64,000 bases of DNA, taken from assembly GCA_043228905.1 (NCBI GenBank), contig JBHGNT010000013.1:5022001-5086000 (forward strand), in the 5' to 3' direction. Below the pieces are notes generated by a model. The model was given only the letters and a program-made list of their open reading frames with translations, was not told the DNA's origin and did not search any database. The translations under genes were made by a program, and so were the position numbers. Of the stretch, positions 35,500 to 47,200 are shown in pieces; the stretch's first letter is position 1; the number at the start of each line of letters is the position of its first letter. Source of the DNA: Azolla caroliniana. Taxonomy: Eukaryota > Plantae > Polypodiophyta.

Positions 35500-38400
35500 A
35501 TGGAACAAGTTTTGAACGCAGTTGGAACGATCTCTCCAAATGAGACCTCTCAACCCCAATCCGCATCTCGCACACAAGCTGAGATCACTATTGAGCAATT
35601 GCTCACTACTACCTTGAATCAATTGGCCGAAATGAGACAGGCCAATATGGCATTGGAAAAGAAATTCCAAGAATTAACTATTGAGTCCAAGAAAGAAGGT
35701 GAACCTTCCTTCGTAGTCACGCCTTTCAAGGGAGATAAGAAAGAAAGAACCGAGGAGCCCATTAGCACTTGGCTTGGTCGTTGGGAGTCTCACTTTGAGC
35801 TTCATCCCAAGCCCGATGCAGAAAAAATTGGTTATGTCGGTCGTGAGTTAGGTGGCCGAGTTGCTGCTTGGTGGCGTGGCCTAAGGACCGCAAAAAACTT
35901 ACCCACAACTTGGGAAGGTTTCGTTGATGTTTTTAAGAAACAATTCTTGCAGCCACCTTCTCAAACCGAACAAGCGCAACACTTGCTCACATTGTCTAGT
36001 AAGCCATTTACCTCTCTCGAGGATTATGTGCATCACGCACGGACCCAGATCCAAAAATCGAGACTTACGGGTGAGAAATGGTTTGTCGCTTGTTTTTTGA
36101 ATGGTATTCCCAATGGGGATTATCATTGGATTGTCCATGACAAGGACCCCACAACTTTCGAGGAAGCCGTCAACATTGTGCTGCGATACCATAGGACTTC
36201 CAAGAAAGACCACAATAAACCTGAGTTCGCCAAAACTCCGAATGTCAAGTTCATTGGGAAACGTAAGCAATCCAGTGACACTCTTGACCGCGACTCAAAG
36301 AAACCGAACCTCTTCTGTGCATATTGCAAGAAGCGGGGCCACACAAAGGATACCTGTCGTCGTCTTGAGAGGAAGTCAATGAACACCCCTCCTCAAGACA
36401 AATCTACGAGTCACACAGGTGAGTCTTTTGATATTGTTGAAGTTCATACCAATCACTTAAGTTTATGTGAATGCACTTTTCCTTCACATTTACTTGGACC
36501 TAATGATTTACTCCGAGCAGTCGGATATATCAATGGAACACAAGCACATTTCTTGTTTGATTCCGGTAGTTCTCACAATTTTCTTAATGATCACTTTGTG
36601 CAGCAAATGGAGCTCCACATAAACGCAAGTGATCATATCTATCAAGTTCACATGGCAAATGGAAACGTTCAATACATCAGTGACATTGTTTGTCAACTGC
36701 CAATTCAAATAGATACTTATTTGGAGAAGCTTGACTTTCATGTTATGAAATTACAATCCGCAGATGTCATTTTAGGATATCCTTGGTTTTTTAATAAAAA
36801 CCCTTCTTTGTCCATTGATTGGGTTAATCACTCAATCACATTTGAACTTAATAATTGTAAACATTTTATTCAATGTTCCAAACTTCCTTCTCATTCACTT
36901 GTGTCTTCTAAATCTTTAAGTGAGTATTCTAGTTCATTAATTTATTCGTGTGTAATTGATCCTGCGGTTCAATTTTATTATTTTAATATTGACGCCACAC
37001 AATTACCACATTTTGAGCAACGATTACTCGACTCTATTTTAGAGGATTTTCAAGATGTGTTTCCTACTGAATTACCGCTTACTTTACCACCTAAACGTAA
37101 TGTGGACCATCAAATTGAACTCATCCCTGGGGCTGCTCCTGTGAGCATTCCACCTTACCGACTTAGTCGATTAGAAGAGGATGAGATCACTAAACAACTT
37201 AAGGAATACTTGAGTATGGGCCACATTAGGTATAGTAAATCACCTTGGCGTGCACCAGTTCTATTAGTCAAGAAGAAGGAAGGTTCGTGGCGAATGTGTA
37301 TCAATTATCGCCGTTTGAATAAAATGACAATTAAGAATGCATATCCATTACCTCGTGCCGATGATTTGATTGATCGTTTGCACGGGGCTCGATATTTTAC
37401 GAAAATTGACTTACGAACTGGTTATCATCAGATTCGCATCGCCGAGGATGATATTCCTAAAACCGCTTTTCGTACGCGCTATGGCCATTATGAGTTTTTA
37501 GTCATGCCGTTTGGGTTGACTAATGCTCCAGCCACATTCCAACAAGCGATGAATGATGTTTTCCGAGATCAACTCGGTGATTTTGTTGTCGTCTTCTTGG
37601 ATGATATTTTGATATATAGCCGTACCTTGCAAGATCATGTTCAACATGTTCGATTTGTTTTGCGAAAGTTGCGTGACAACTCTTTCTATGCAAAACATTC
37701 AAAATGTGACTTCTTCCAAAAATCTATTGTGTACCTAGGTCATTTAATTACAGAAAATGGCGTGGAAATTGAACCTTCTCGTATTGAAAAGGTTAAACTT
37801 TGGCCCATTCCTCGTAATATTCGTGAACTGCGATCATTCTTAGGGTTTGTTGGATTTTTACGAAAATCAATTCGTAACTATTCCAAATTGACTACGCCAT
37901 TAACTGACCTTTTAAAAGGTCATCCACGTAAGTCTGTCAAACCAATTTCATGGAATGAACAACTTGACAAATCATTTGAGACACTCAAGGAGCATGTGTG
38001 TCAGGCTCCCACTCTTCTATTACCAAACCCTTCTAAGCCTTTCTCAATTGAAACCGATGCTAGTGATTATGCTATTGGTGCACTTCTTTATCAAGGTGGT
38101 CACCCTATTGCTTTTGAAAGTAAGAAGCTTGATGCTGCTCAATCTCGGTATTCGGTTCAAGAGAAAGAGTTGTTTGCGGTGATACACGCACTTAAAACAT
38201 GGAGGCACTATCTCTATGGAAATAAATTTGTGGTTACAACAGACCATCAATCATTAAAGTATTTTTGTGACCAGACCGATCTTGTTGGTCGTAAAGGCCG
38301 TTGGGCTGACCTTATGCAAGATTTTGATTTTTCCATACGCTATCGCAAGGGTTCTATGAACACCCTTGCTGATGCTCTTAGTCGCATTAAAGAAGTTAAC

Positions 38401-39903
38401 ATGCTTAGCTTCACGGAAATAAAATCTGATCTTTTAGATCACCTTCGAGGGAAATACCTTGATGACAGTTATTTCTCAAAATATTGGACGAAAGCTGAAT
38501 CTGGTTTAGATGCCGATACTAGCACCCTACCCTCGAAGGAGACCTTTCACATTACAAACGGTTTGCTCTACCGTAGTGGAAAGGTCTGTGTTCTAGATTT
38601 ACCAAATGTTAAACAGAAAATTTTTCATGAATGTCATGATGCACCATCTGCTGGTCATCCTGGAATACAACGCACACTCGTTCTCATCTCGTGTACTTTT
38701 TTCTGGCCTAAGATGCGCTCTGACGTGCGTAAATACGTAACTCAATGCTTACAATGTCAGATTAATAAGTCGGAACGACTTAAAGCTGCTGGTCTTTTAC
38801 ATCCCTTAGATATTCCCAACAATAAATGGGAAAGTATCTCGATGGATTTTATTGTTAGTTTACCTCGTACACAGAGGGGTCATGATGCCATATGGGTTGT
38901 CGTTGACAGGCTAACAAAATTAGCTAGATTTATTCCTACAAAAACCACGGTAACCGCTCAACAGTTGGCTGATCAATTTGTTGATGAATTATTTCGTTTT
39001 TATGGATTACCGATGGATATTGTTAGTGATCGAGATTCCAAGTTTACTAGTGACTTTTGGACTCAGGTCTTTAAGAAACTAGAAACTACGTTGAGCATGA
39101 GTTCCGTAGATCATCCTCAGTCTGATGGACAAACTGAACGAGTTAATCAAATTATTGAGGACATGCTTCGAGCTTATGTAGCAAAAACCCCTTCTAAGTG
39201 GGAGCAATACCTTCCTATCTTAGAATTTGCCTATAATAGCTCTAAACATACATCCACTGGATATAGTCCTTTTATGTTGATGTATGTTTTTCAGCCACGT
39301 GCCCCAGTTGATGTCACGATTCATCGTGATACATTAGACAGTACACGCAATTTTTTGCAAGACATGAACCAAATGTTGCATATTGCCAAAGAAAATGTCA
39401 AGACAGCTCAAGATCGTGCTGGATTTTATGCTGATCAGGATAGACGTCCTCGTGCATTTACTATTGGTCAAAAAGTTTTTTTGCGTGTCCCGACTGATTC
39501 TACGTCATTATCTACGGGCAAGTGCGCTAAGTTAGCCCCACGATATTGTGGCCCATTTGAAATCCTTAAGCGAGTTGGGTCATCTGCTTATCACCTTGCC
39601 TTACCTCGTAACGTTGGTATTCATCCTGTTTTTCACGTCAGTCGTCTAAAACCATTTTTAGGCTCTGGTGATAACACCATCACAATCCAAGATCTTGTAA
39701 CATTAGAGGATTTTTCTTACAAACCTCATGTTCCTGAACGAATTCTTGATTCTCGTACAAAACGTTTACGTTCTAAAGAGATTCGGCTATTCAAGATCAA
39801 ATGGATGGATAAACCTATTGATGATGCCACATGGGAACGCGAGCATTCGCTTAAGGCACAATTTCCTCACTTTATATTGCAAGAGTGCAATCTTTTGAAG
39901 TAG
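35500..39903 (+). CDS. Gag-Pol polyprotein (Gag, CCHC, PR, RT, RNase H, IN, chromodomain), 1467 aa
   Basis: [59 protein letters not shown], and C-terminal KIKW...DATWE. No stops. Confidence 0.96.
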   Translation: MEQVLNAVGTISPNETSQPQSASRTQAEITIEQLLTTTLNQLAEMRQANMALEKKFQELTIESKKEGEPSFVVTPFKGDKKERTEEPISTWLGRWESHFELHPKPDAEKIGYVGRELGGRVAAWWRGLRTAKNLPTTWEGFVDVFKKQFLQPPSQTEQAQHLLTLSSKPFTSLEDYVHHARTQIQKSRLTGEKWFVACFLNGIPNGDYHWIVHDKDPTTFEEAVNIVLRYHRTSKKDHNKPEFAKTPNVKFIGKRKQSSDTLDRDSKKPNLFCAYCKKRGHTKDTCRRLERKSMNTPPQDKSTSHTGESFDIVEVHTNHLSLCECTFPSHLLGPNDLLRAVGYINGTQAHFLFDSGSSHNFLNDHFVQQMELHINASDHIYQVHMANGNVQYISDIVCQLPIQIDTYLEKLDFHVMKLQSADVILGYPWFFNKNPSLSIDWVNHSITFELNNCKHFIQCSKLPSHSLVSSKSLSEYSSSLIYSCVIDPAVQFYYFNIDATQLPHFEQRLLDSILEDFQDVFPTELPLTLPPKRNVDHQIELIPGAAPVSIPPYRLSRLEEDEITKQLKEYLSMGHIRYSKSPWRAPVLLVKKKEGSWRMCINYRRLNKMTIKNAYPLPRADDLIDRLHGARYFTKIDLRTGYHQIRIAEDDIPKTAFRTRYGHYEFLVMPFGLTNAPATFQQAMNDVFRDQLGDFVVVFLDDILIYSRTLQDHVQHVRFVLRKLRDNSFYAKHSKCDFFQKSIVYLGHLITENGVEIEPSRIEKVKLWPIPRNIRELRSFLGFVGFLRKSIRNYSKLTTPLTDLLKGHPRKSVKPISWNEQLDKSFETLKEHVCQAPTLLLPNPSKPFSIETDASDYAIGALLYQGGHPIAFESKKLDAAQSRYSVQEKELFAVIHALKTWRHYLYGNKFVVTTDHQSLKYFCDQTDLVGRKGRWADLMQDFDFSIRYRKGSMNTLADALSRIKEVNMLSFTEIKSDLLDHLRGKYLDDSYFSKYWTKAESGLDADTSTLPSKETFHITNGLLYRSGKVCVLDLPNVKQKIFHECHDAPSAGHPGIQRTLVLISCTFFWPKMRSDVRKYVTQCLQCQINKSERLKAAGLLHPLDIPNNKWESISMDFIVSLPRTQRGHDAIWVVVDRLTKLARFIPTKTTVTAQQLADQFVDELFRFYGLPMDIVSDRDSKFTSDFWTQVFKKLETTLSMSSVDHPQSDGQTERVNQIIEDMLRAYVAKTPSKWEQYLPILEFAYNSSKHTSTGYSPFMLMYVFQPRAPVDVTIHRDTLDSTRNFLQDMNQMLHIAKENVKTAQDRAGFYADQDRRPRAFTIGQKVFLRVPTDSTSLSTGKCAKLAPRYCGPFEILKRVGSSAYHLALPRNVGIHPVFHVSRLKPFLGSGDNTITIQDLVTLEDFSYKPHVPERILDSRTKRLRSKEIRLFKIKWMDKPIDDATWEREHSLKAQFPHFILQECNLLK

Positions 39904-42399
39904 GGGAGTATGTTATGTACACATAACGTTGGTGAGGGTAGGTCACTAATATTTACATTAGTGAAGGGTATGTTCACTATTATTAAAAAGGGGACTAATG
40001 ATTGGATAGAATGAATGATATGTGCATGCACTATCATGATTTAGACAACCAATGAATAGAGAGCCTTTTAGAAAGGCACATCTATTCAAGGGGCCTAGGA
40101 AAAGGTATAAATATGTGGCTTAGCTACCCTCATAAGGATCATCACGTCGGAAGGCTGCTGTCGTAGACACCGGTGGTGCGGGCTAGGCTTTCGTCTCGAG
40201 GATCGTGTTTATCTCTTCCAAGGTATTAGTCATCCTAATATCCGGCGGTATGGGACGTCGGTGGTAGGTTGGCTATGTCTAGATCATAGCTCGGGGGTGG
40301 TCGGGTGGAACGGGTTCTTCTATCCAATCTATTTTCTTCCTTATTACTTGATTTGGTCTATTGATTAGTAATAGACTCTTAACAGACCCACATCTTTCGA
40401 TTGTGGTCATCTATGAACACATGAAGTACTGCGATCTAGCATGTGACTTCGTGTGCACTTGACATACATTAGTATGCACAAACTCTAGTGGTTCATTCCG
40501 TCTTGTCGGTGGTCTTGATTGGAAAGAGGTTTGGTTCTGTTTGCCGGCCAAACAGTCAGTGCACCTCTCAAGCTGCATTTATTTCACCTCCGGAATGAGG
40601 TTAGCTTCGGCAAGTCTATGCATCCCTTTCTGGCTCATATGACACAACCTCTTGTGCCACAACTCACCGGTAGTGTCGGATACCACGTTCACTTCTTCTC
40701 GGCATATCCGGGCATGCATTAGGTACAATGTGTTGATCTTTCGGGCTTGGGCCACGATGAGGCTCCCTATGCTGAACGTCATAACTTCGTTCCGGGTGCT
40801 ACCTGTGTAGCCTTCATCATCTAGCTGACTAGCTGATATCAGGTTCAAGCGAACCTCCATAACGTGTCGGACACCTTTCAGCAACAACTTGCACCCAGTT
40901 GAGGTCGTCAACCACCCGTCTCCTATGCCGACAATCCGGCATGCACCTTCATTCCCCATCCTCACACAACCGTGATCTCCGGTTGTGTAGGATGCGAAAC
41001 ACTTTCGGTTGGGAGTCAGATGGAACGATGTTCTGGAGTCAACCACCCATGTCGTCTTGTCGCTGACAAGATGTAGCTTGCTCTCCTCGGTGATGAACAA
41101 TAGTTCTTCCTCACTCATCGTGATTGCCAACATTCCTTTCCAATCCGAACTTCTCCGGTTCGAACCCTTCTTTGAGTCGGCATTATCGATTCCTTTCTCC
41201 TTCTGGAAGTGTCGGGAATTCTTCTAGAAGTGCCCTAACTTTCTGCAATAAAAGCAAGTGGGCCTCCCCCTTGACTTCGACCTCATCCTTAATTTGTCCT
41301 AGTTCTGGGGATTCCGATTCCGGCCTCTTCCCTGGTTATGGTCGTCTTCCGTGGCTAAGGCCTTGGGATCAGTTCCGGACTCTCGGTCCTTCCGGCGAGC
41401 TTCTTCATCGAGCAAGCTTGTTTTTACCCTTGCTAGGGATAGATGTTTTCCTTCCGGCCTGGTGTTGCCCAAAGTGACAACTAGCATCTCCCAATTATCC
41501 AGGAGTACCCCGCCGGCTAGAGGTACTTCCAACAAGGTTGTTTGATTTATAAGCCCCTAGAAGGCATTTATGTGCTTCGCCATACTTGAGTCGTCGTGGT
41601 ATCAGATTCTCACTAACTTCTGGACTATTGAGACCTGATTCACAACATTTTTCCTCTCCAACATGGTACCAATTTTCTCCTAGAGCACATGAGCCTTACT
41701 CTCTTCATTAAAGTTGTTGTACAGGCTCATGTCGATGAAGCATCGAATGTATGCCGTCATCTTCATGTGCATCACCTCCTAGTTCGCGACATCAGTTTTA
41801 TCTGGTCTTTTGTCTCCAAACTGTACTGGCAACTAGAGATCTTTGACCACCAACATCTTCCTCATCTTCGACTTCCACACTGGGTAGTTGGATCTGGTGA
41901 GCTTGAACATGCCGCCGAATGGATCTTTCGTGGTTTGATACCAATTTGATAAAAACAATGCTCGGCCACAACCGAGTCTGGAACGCACGAGAAAATAAAC
42001 AGAAAATAGTAATGCACTTCACAAGATAGAAGAGACGAAACCAGATGTTAACGTGGAAAATCCTAATCGGGAAAAACCATGGGAGCCCACAAACTCCAAC
42101 TATCACTATGAGAGAGTAAGTGTACAATAGGAGACTCAGAGGCAACTACCTCAAGCTCTATCTTTGCCTACTAGTAGTTATAACTCAAAAATGATTCTCT
42201 GTCTCTGTACAACCATGATGATAACAACATTATGAATACAGTTTCCCTAGTTATATTTATACTCATATAACTTTAGGACTATTTACAACGATGACCTGAA
42301 ATAGTCACATTGGAACATACACATAAACTAATGTTTGGCTGGATACCAACCGGATCCATTCTCATCCGGATCCCATCCGGAGGGACTGAATTCCGAAGA

Positions 42400-44237
42400 A
42401 CTCTTTGATATGGGAGAAAAATCCAAGACAAAGAAGAGGACAAGGAGGAGTGACATGTTTGATTAAGAAGGAAATAGAGAAATATGTGTTAATCATAAAA
42501 AATGATGAACATAAATGCTATATATGGCTCAAAATAGAAACACCTAATGATTTGCCCACTTTTGTAGTTGGATGTTACATTCCTCATCAAGATTCTAACT
42601 TTTATGCTTGTTTGGATAAAGATCAACCTTTTGCCAATGTAGAAGATGATATTGCTTATTTCAAATCCAAAGGGGAAGTTATTGTGTTTGGTGACATGAA
42701 TGCTCGTACAAGAAGTTTCCAACTTGATTCACAAGAGTCTTTCATGCCACATATCTCAAGGATGCAAGAGGATATGCAAATGTATAGCCTCTCTTCTAGT
42801 GATGAAAAAGATTCAGACCAATTTGGGAAGTTACTCCTACAAACGTGCAATAGTACCGGATTTCTTATTGCAAATAGTGTTTCCTTATGACCCAACAATA
42901 ATGGTTTTACATGTAGAAAACACAACGGAAATAGTGTGATTGACTATGTGCTACTTTTTGAAGGTAATTTGGATTGTATACATAAAATCTCACTTGGACA
43001 CCGAAATCCGATCATAAGGCTTTCTATATTGATCTCAAATGTATGCATAGGTTTGATTATGAGAATGCCATTGAAGATAATAAACAACCGCACTTGAGCA
43101 TGAACCTTAAGCGAGCACCCATGTATTCTAAGATCGTTGAGGATATGTTATAAATGACAAAGATATAGTATGGTGCCCCACTAGAATGCAAATGGGAAGC
43201 TTTTAAGAAAACAAATGTTTTTCGACCAACTGCACATCTTGGAAATGCACCAAGAAATTTAGGAAAAAATGGTTTGATAAAGAATGTCGTAAAGCTCGAA
43301 AGTGCCTTATCGTTTTGGATGTAGTTAAGGATAAAGGAAATTACCAAAAGCATTTGCATGAGTATAAAAGTCTTATTCAAAGAAAGAGAAGAATATGGGA
43401 AGTTACTCAACAATTTCTCTAAACGCAAGAGAAAGCACATGCATTGTATTGTGACTTAACTCTTCACGACATGTGTATGCATTGTAAGAATTTATATGAG
43501 TTATTTTTTACCGGAAAGATGATGTGTTATGGTTCTCTTTCACATATGTCTCCCTTCTTTACAATTGAAGATATATGCACAGGACTTAAGAAATTGGCCA
43601 CTCGAAAGGCAAGTGATCTTCAATGTATAAAGGTTAAAATGTTCAAATAGACGGGAAAGGAAGGACATGTATGGATAAGCGATATGTTTAAAGATGCATT
43701 GCAACATGATATGCCATATGATTTGTCTACAAATTGGATCAAACCTTTACATAAAGGTGGAGATGTAAATAATGTAAACAACTATCAAACCATCATGGTT
43801 GGCTCATTAATGGCAAAACTATTTGGATGTATAATGGAATAAAAATAAGTTTATGGGTTGAAAAAAATGGTAAAAGAGTTTATGGACAAGCTGGCTTTCA
43901 AAGACATCATAGCACCATTGACCACCTTGTCATTCTTTGAGTATTAATGGAGGAAAGTCGCCTTAGAAGTAAAGGTTTATATTATTGATATGGTACCTCG
44001 CGAGCATCTTTAGAGGCAAATGGAAGAACTTGAGGTGCGAAGTGAATATATGCTTGCAATTTCCCGAATATATGAGAATGTTATATGTTGTGTGCTTATG
44101 AGAGATAGACTTTCGGATTTTTCCAATAGCACTATTGGTGTTAAGCAAGGATGCCCACTCTCACCAACACTATTTGTTCTATGCATTGATTAATTGGAAG
44201 AAATGGTTACCAAGTGTGTGAAGGAAGAATGTGTTGA
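42400..44237 (+). mobile_element. Degenerate LINE (endonuclease plus RT), RTE-like, 3' end missing
   Basis: EEP motifs GGVTCLI, GCYIP, FGDMNART, SVIDY; RT motifs PLHKGGD..NYQTI, QAGF...STIDH, GVKQGCPLSPTLF. Confidence 0.8.
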
Positions 44238-47200
44238 AGGTAACACATGGGTTTTTTAGTAGGTAACACATGGGTTTTTTGACCCTTGTTTTCATCACTG
44301 CTTGATTCTTATGGGTAGTGCCTTATTTTATTGTTTTTGTCATAACATTTGCTTGTTACTCACAAGACTAAAATATTAGTTACGAGTGCACTTGTTATTT
44401 CACGTAATACACTTTCTTGACCATATCAATACATGTTGGGTTGGCATTCTAATATAAGACTAACTAGGAAACTACGTTGATCTCGGGGAGCCGCCATGAT
44501 TATTCAAGATAGAGATCCGAGAAAGACATCTTAGCTATGTTTTCCCCCATGGTTTTTAAAACACCATAGTGTTACCATAATTATCGGGTCTCGAATCACA
44601 TCTCATATGTCTAGAGGGGTAAAGACGTGAGATGCTTTCTTGGATAAAGTTCTTTCAATCAAAATTTCAAGCATTCATTTTGCTTGTGTATTTTCTGAAC
44701 CTCCTTATTTATATTGCATACCCACAACTTGCATCATGGAACAAGTTTTAAACGTTGTTGGAGCAATCTCTCCGATCGAGACCTCTCAACTCCAATACGC
44801 ATCTTGCACACAAGCTGAGATCACTATTGAGCAATTGCTCACTACTACCTTGAATCAATTGGCCGAAATGAGGCAGGCCAATATGGCATTGGAAAAGAAA
44901 TTCCAAGAATTGACTATTGAGTCCAAGAAAGAAGGTGAGCCTTCTTTCGTAGTAACACCATTCAAGGGAGATAAGAAAGAAAGAACCGAGGAGGCCATTA
45001 GCACTTGGCTTGGTCGTTGGGAGTCTCACTTTGAGCTCCACAATCCCGATGCTGTAAAAATTGGTTACGTCGGTCATGAGTTAGGTGGCCGAGCTCCTAC
45101 TTGGTGGCGTGCCCTAAGGACTGCAAAGAACTTACCCACAACTTGGGAAGGTTTCGTTGATGTTTTTAAGAAACAGTTTTTGCAGCCACCTTCTCAAACT
45201 GAACAAGCGCAACACTTGCTCATGTTGTTGAGTAAGCCATTTACCTCTCTCGAGGATTATGTGCATCATGCTCAGACCCAGATCCAGAAATCGGGACTTA
45301 CGGGTGACAAATGTCTTGTTGCTTGCATTTTGAATGGTATTTATAATGGGGATTAGCATTGGATTGTCCATGACAAGGACCCCACAACATTTGAGGAAGC
45401 CATCAACATTGGGCTTCGGTACCATAGGACTTCCAAGAAAGACCACAATAAACCCGAGTTCGCCAAAACTCCGAATGTCAAGTTCATTGGGAAACGTAAG
45501 CAATCCAATGACACTCTTGATCACGACTCCAAGAAACCTAACCTCTTCCATGCATATTGCAAGAAACGGGGCCACAGAAAGGATACATGTCGTCGTCTTG
45601 AGAGGAAGTCAATGAACACCCCCCTCAAGACAAATCTACGAGTCACACAAGTGAGTCTTTTGATGTTGTTGAAGTTCATACCAACCAGTTAAGTTCATGT
45701 GAATGCACTTTTCTTTCACATTTACTTGGACCTAATGATTTACTCCGAGCAGTCGGGTATATCAATGGAACACAAACACATTTCTTGTTTGAGTCCGGTA
45801 GTTCTCACAATTTTCTTAATGATCACTTTGTGCAGCAAATGGAACTCCACATAAACGCAAGTGATCATAGCTATCAAGTTCACATGGCAAATGGAAGTGT
45901 TCAATACATCAGTGGCATTGTTTGTGACCTGCCAATTCAAATAGGTACCTATTTGGAGAAGCTTGACTTTCATGTTATGAAAGTACAATCCGTAGATGTC
46001 ATTTTAGGATACCCTTGGTTTTTTAATAAAAACCCTCTTTATCCATTGATTGGGTTAATCACTCAATCACATTTGAACTTAATAATTGTAAACATTTTAT
46101 TCAATATTTCAAACTTCCTTCTCGTTCACTTGTGTCTTCTAAATCTTTAAGTGAGTATTCAAGTTCATTAATTTATTCGTGTGTAATTGATCCTGCGCTT
46201 CAATTTTATTATTTTAATATTGATGCCACACAATTACCACATTATGAACAACGATTACTCGACTCTATTTTAGACGATTTTCAAGACGTGTTTCCTAACG
46301 AATTGCCACTTACTTTACCACCAAAACGTAATGTGGACCATCAAATTGAACTCATTCCTGGTGCTGCTCCTGTGAGCATTTCACCTTACCGACTTAGTCG
46401 ATTAGAAGAGGATGAGATCACTAAACAACTTAAGGAATACTTGAGTATGGGCCACATTAGGTATAGTAAATCACCTTGGTGTGCACCAATTCTATTGGTG
46501 AAGAAGAAGGAAGGTTCATGGCGAATGTGTATCAATTATCGCCGTTTGAATAAAATGACAATTAAAAATGCATATCCATTACCTCGTGCCAATGATTTGA
46601 TTGATCGTTTGCATGTGGCCCGATATTTTACGAAAATTGACTTACAGACAGGTTATCATCAGATTTGCATTGCCGAGGATGATATTCCTAAAACCGCTTT
46701 TCGTACGCGCTATGGCTATTATGAGTTTTTAGTCATGCCTTTCGGGTTGACTAATGTTCCAACCACATTCCAACAAGCGATGAAAGATGTTTTCCGAGAT
46801 CAACTCGGTGATTTTGTTGTCGTCTTCTTGGATGATATTTTGATATATAGTTGTACCTTGCGAGATCATGTTCAACATGTTAGATTTGTTTTGCAAAAAT
46901 TGCGTGACAACTCTTTCTATGCAAAACATTCAATATGTGATTTTGTCCAGAAATCTATTGTGTACCTAGTTCATTTAATTACGGAAAATGGTGTTGAAAT
47001 TGAACCTTCTTGTATTGAAAAGGTTAAACTTTGGCCCATTCCTCGTAATATTCGTGAACTGCGATCATTCTTAGGGTTTGTTGGATTTTTACGAAAATCA
47101 ATTCGTAACTATTCCAAATTGACTACGCCATTAACTGACCTTTTAAAAGGTCAGCCTCGTAAGTTCGTCAAAACAATCGCATGGAATGAACAACTTGACA

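Larger units (their letters stand above)
33357..40384 (+). mobile_element. Intact full-length Ty3/gypsy chromovirus
   Basis: 474-bp LTRs 33357-33830 and 39911-40384, TSD GACCC, PBS TGGTATCAGAGC (tRNA-iMet), PPT GAAGTAGGGGAG, single long ORF. Confidence 0.97.
31631..42350 (-). mobile_element. Degenerate Tnt1-like copia, interrupted by the gypsy at 33357-40384
   Basis: 5' LTR about 41947-42350 and PBS TGGTATCAAACC (41932-41943). Then gag (MFKLTRSNYPVWKSKM), protease WVVDS, LWHKRLCH, integrase (NNGGEY, CIFLGYGDDEFGYR) and RT (YGLKQAPR, FYVDDML). Integrase is continuous across the GACCC TSD. Confidence 0.88.
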
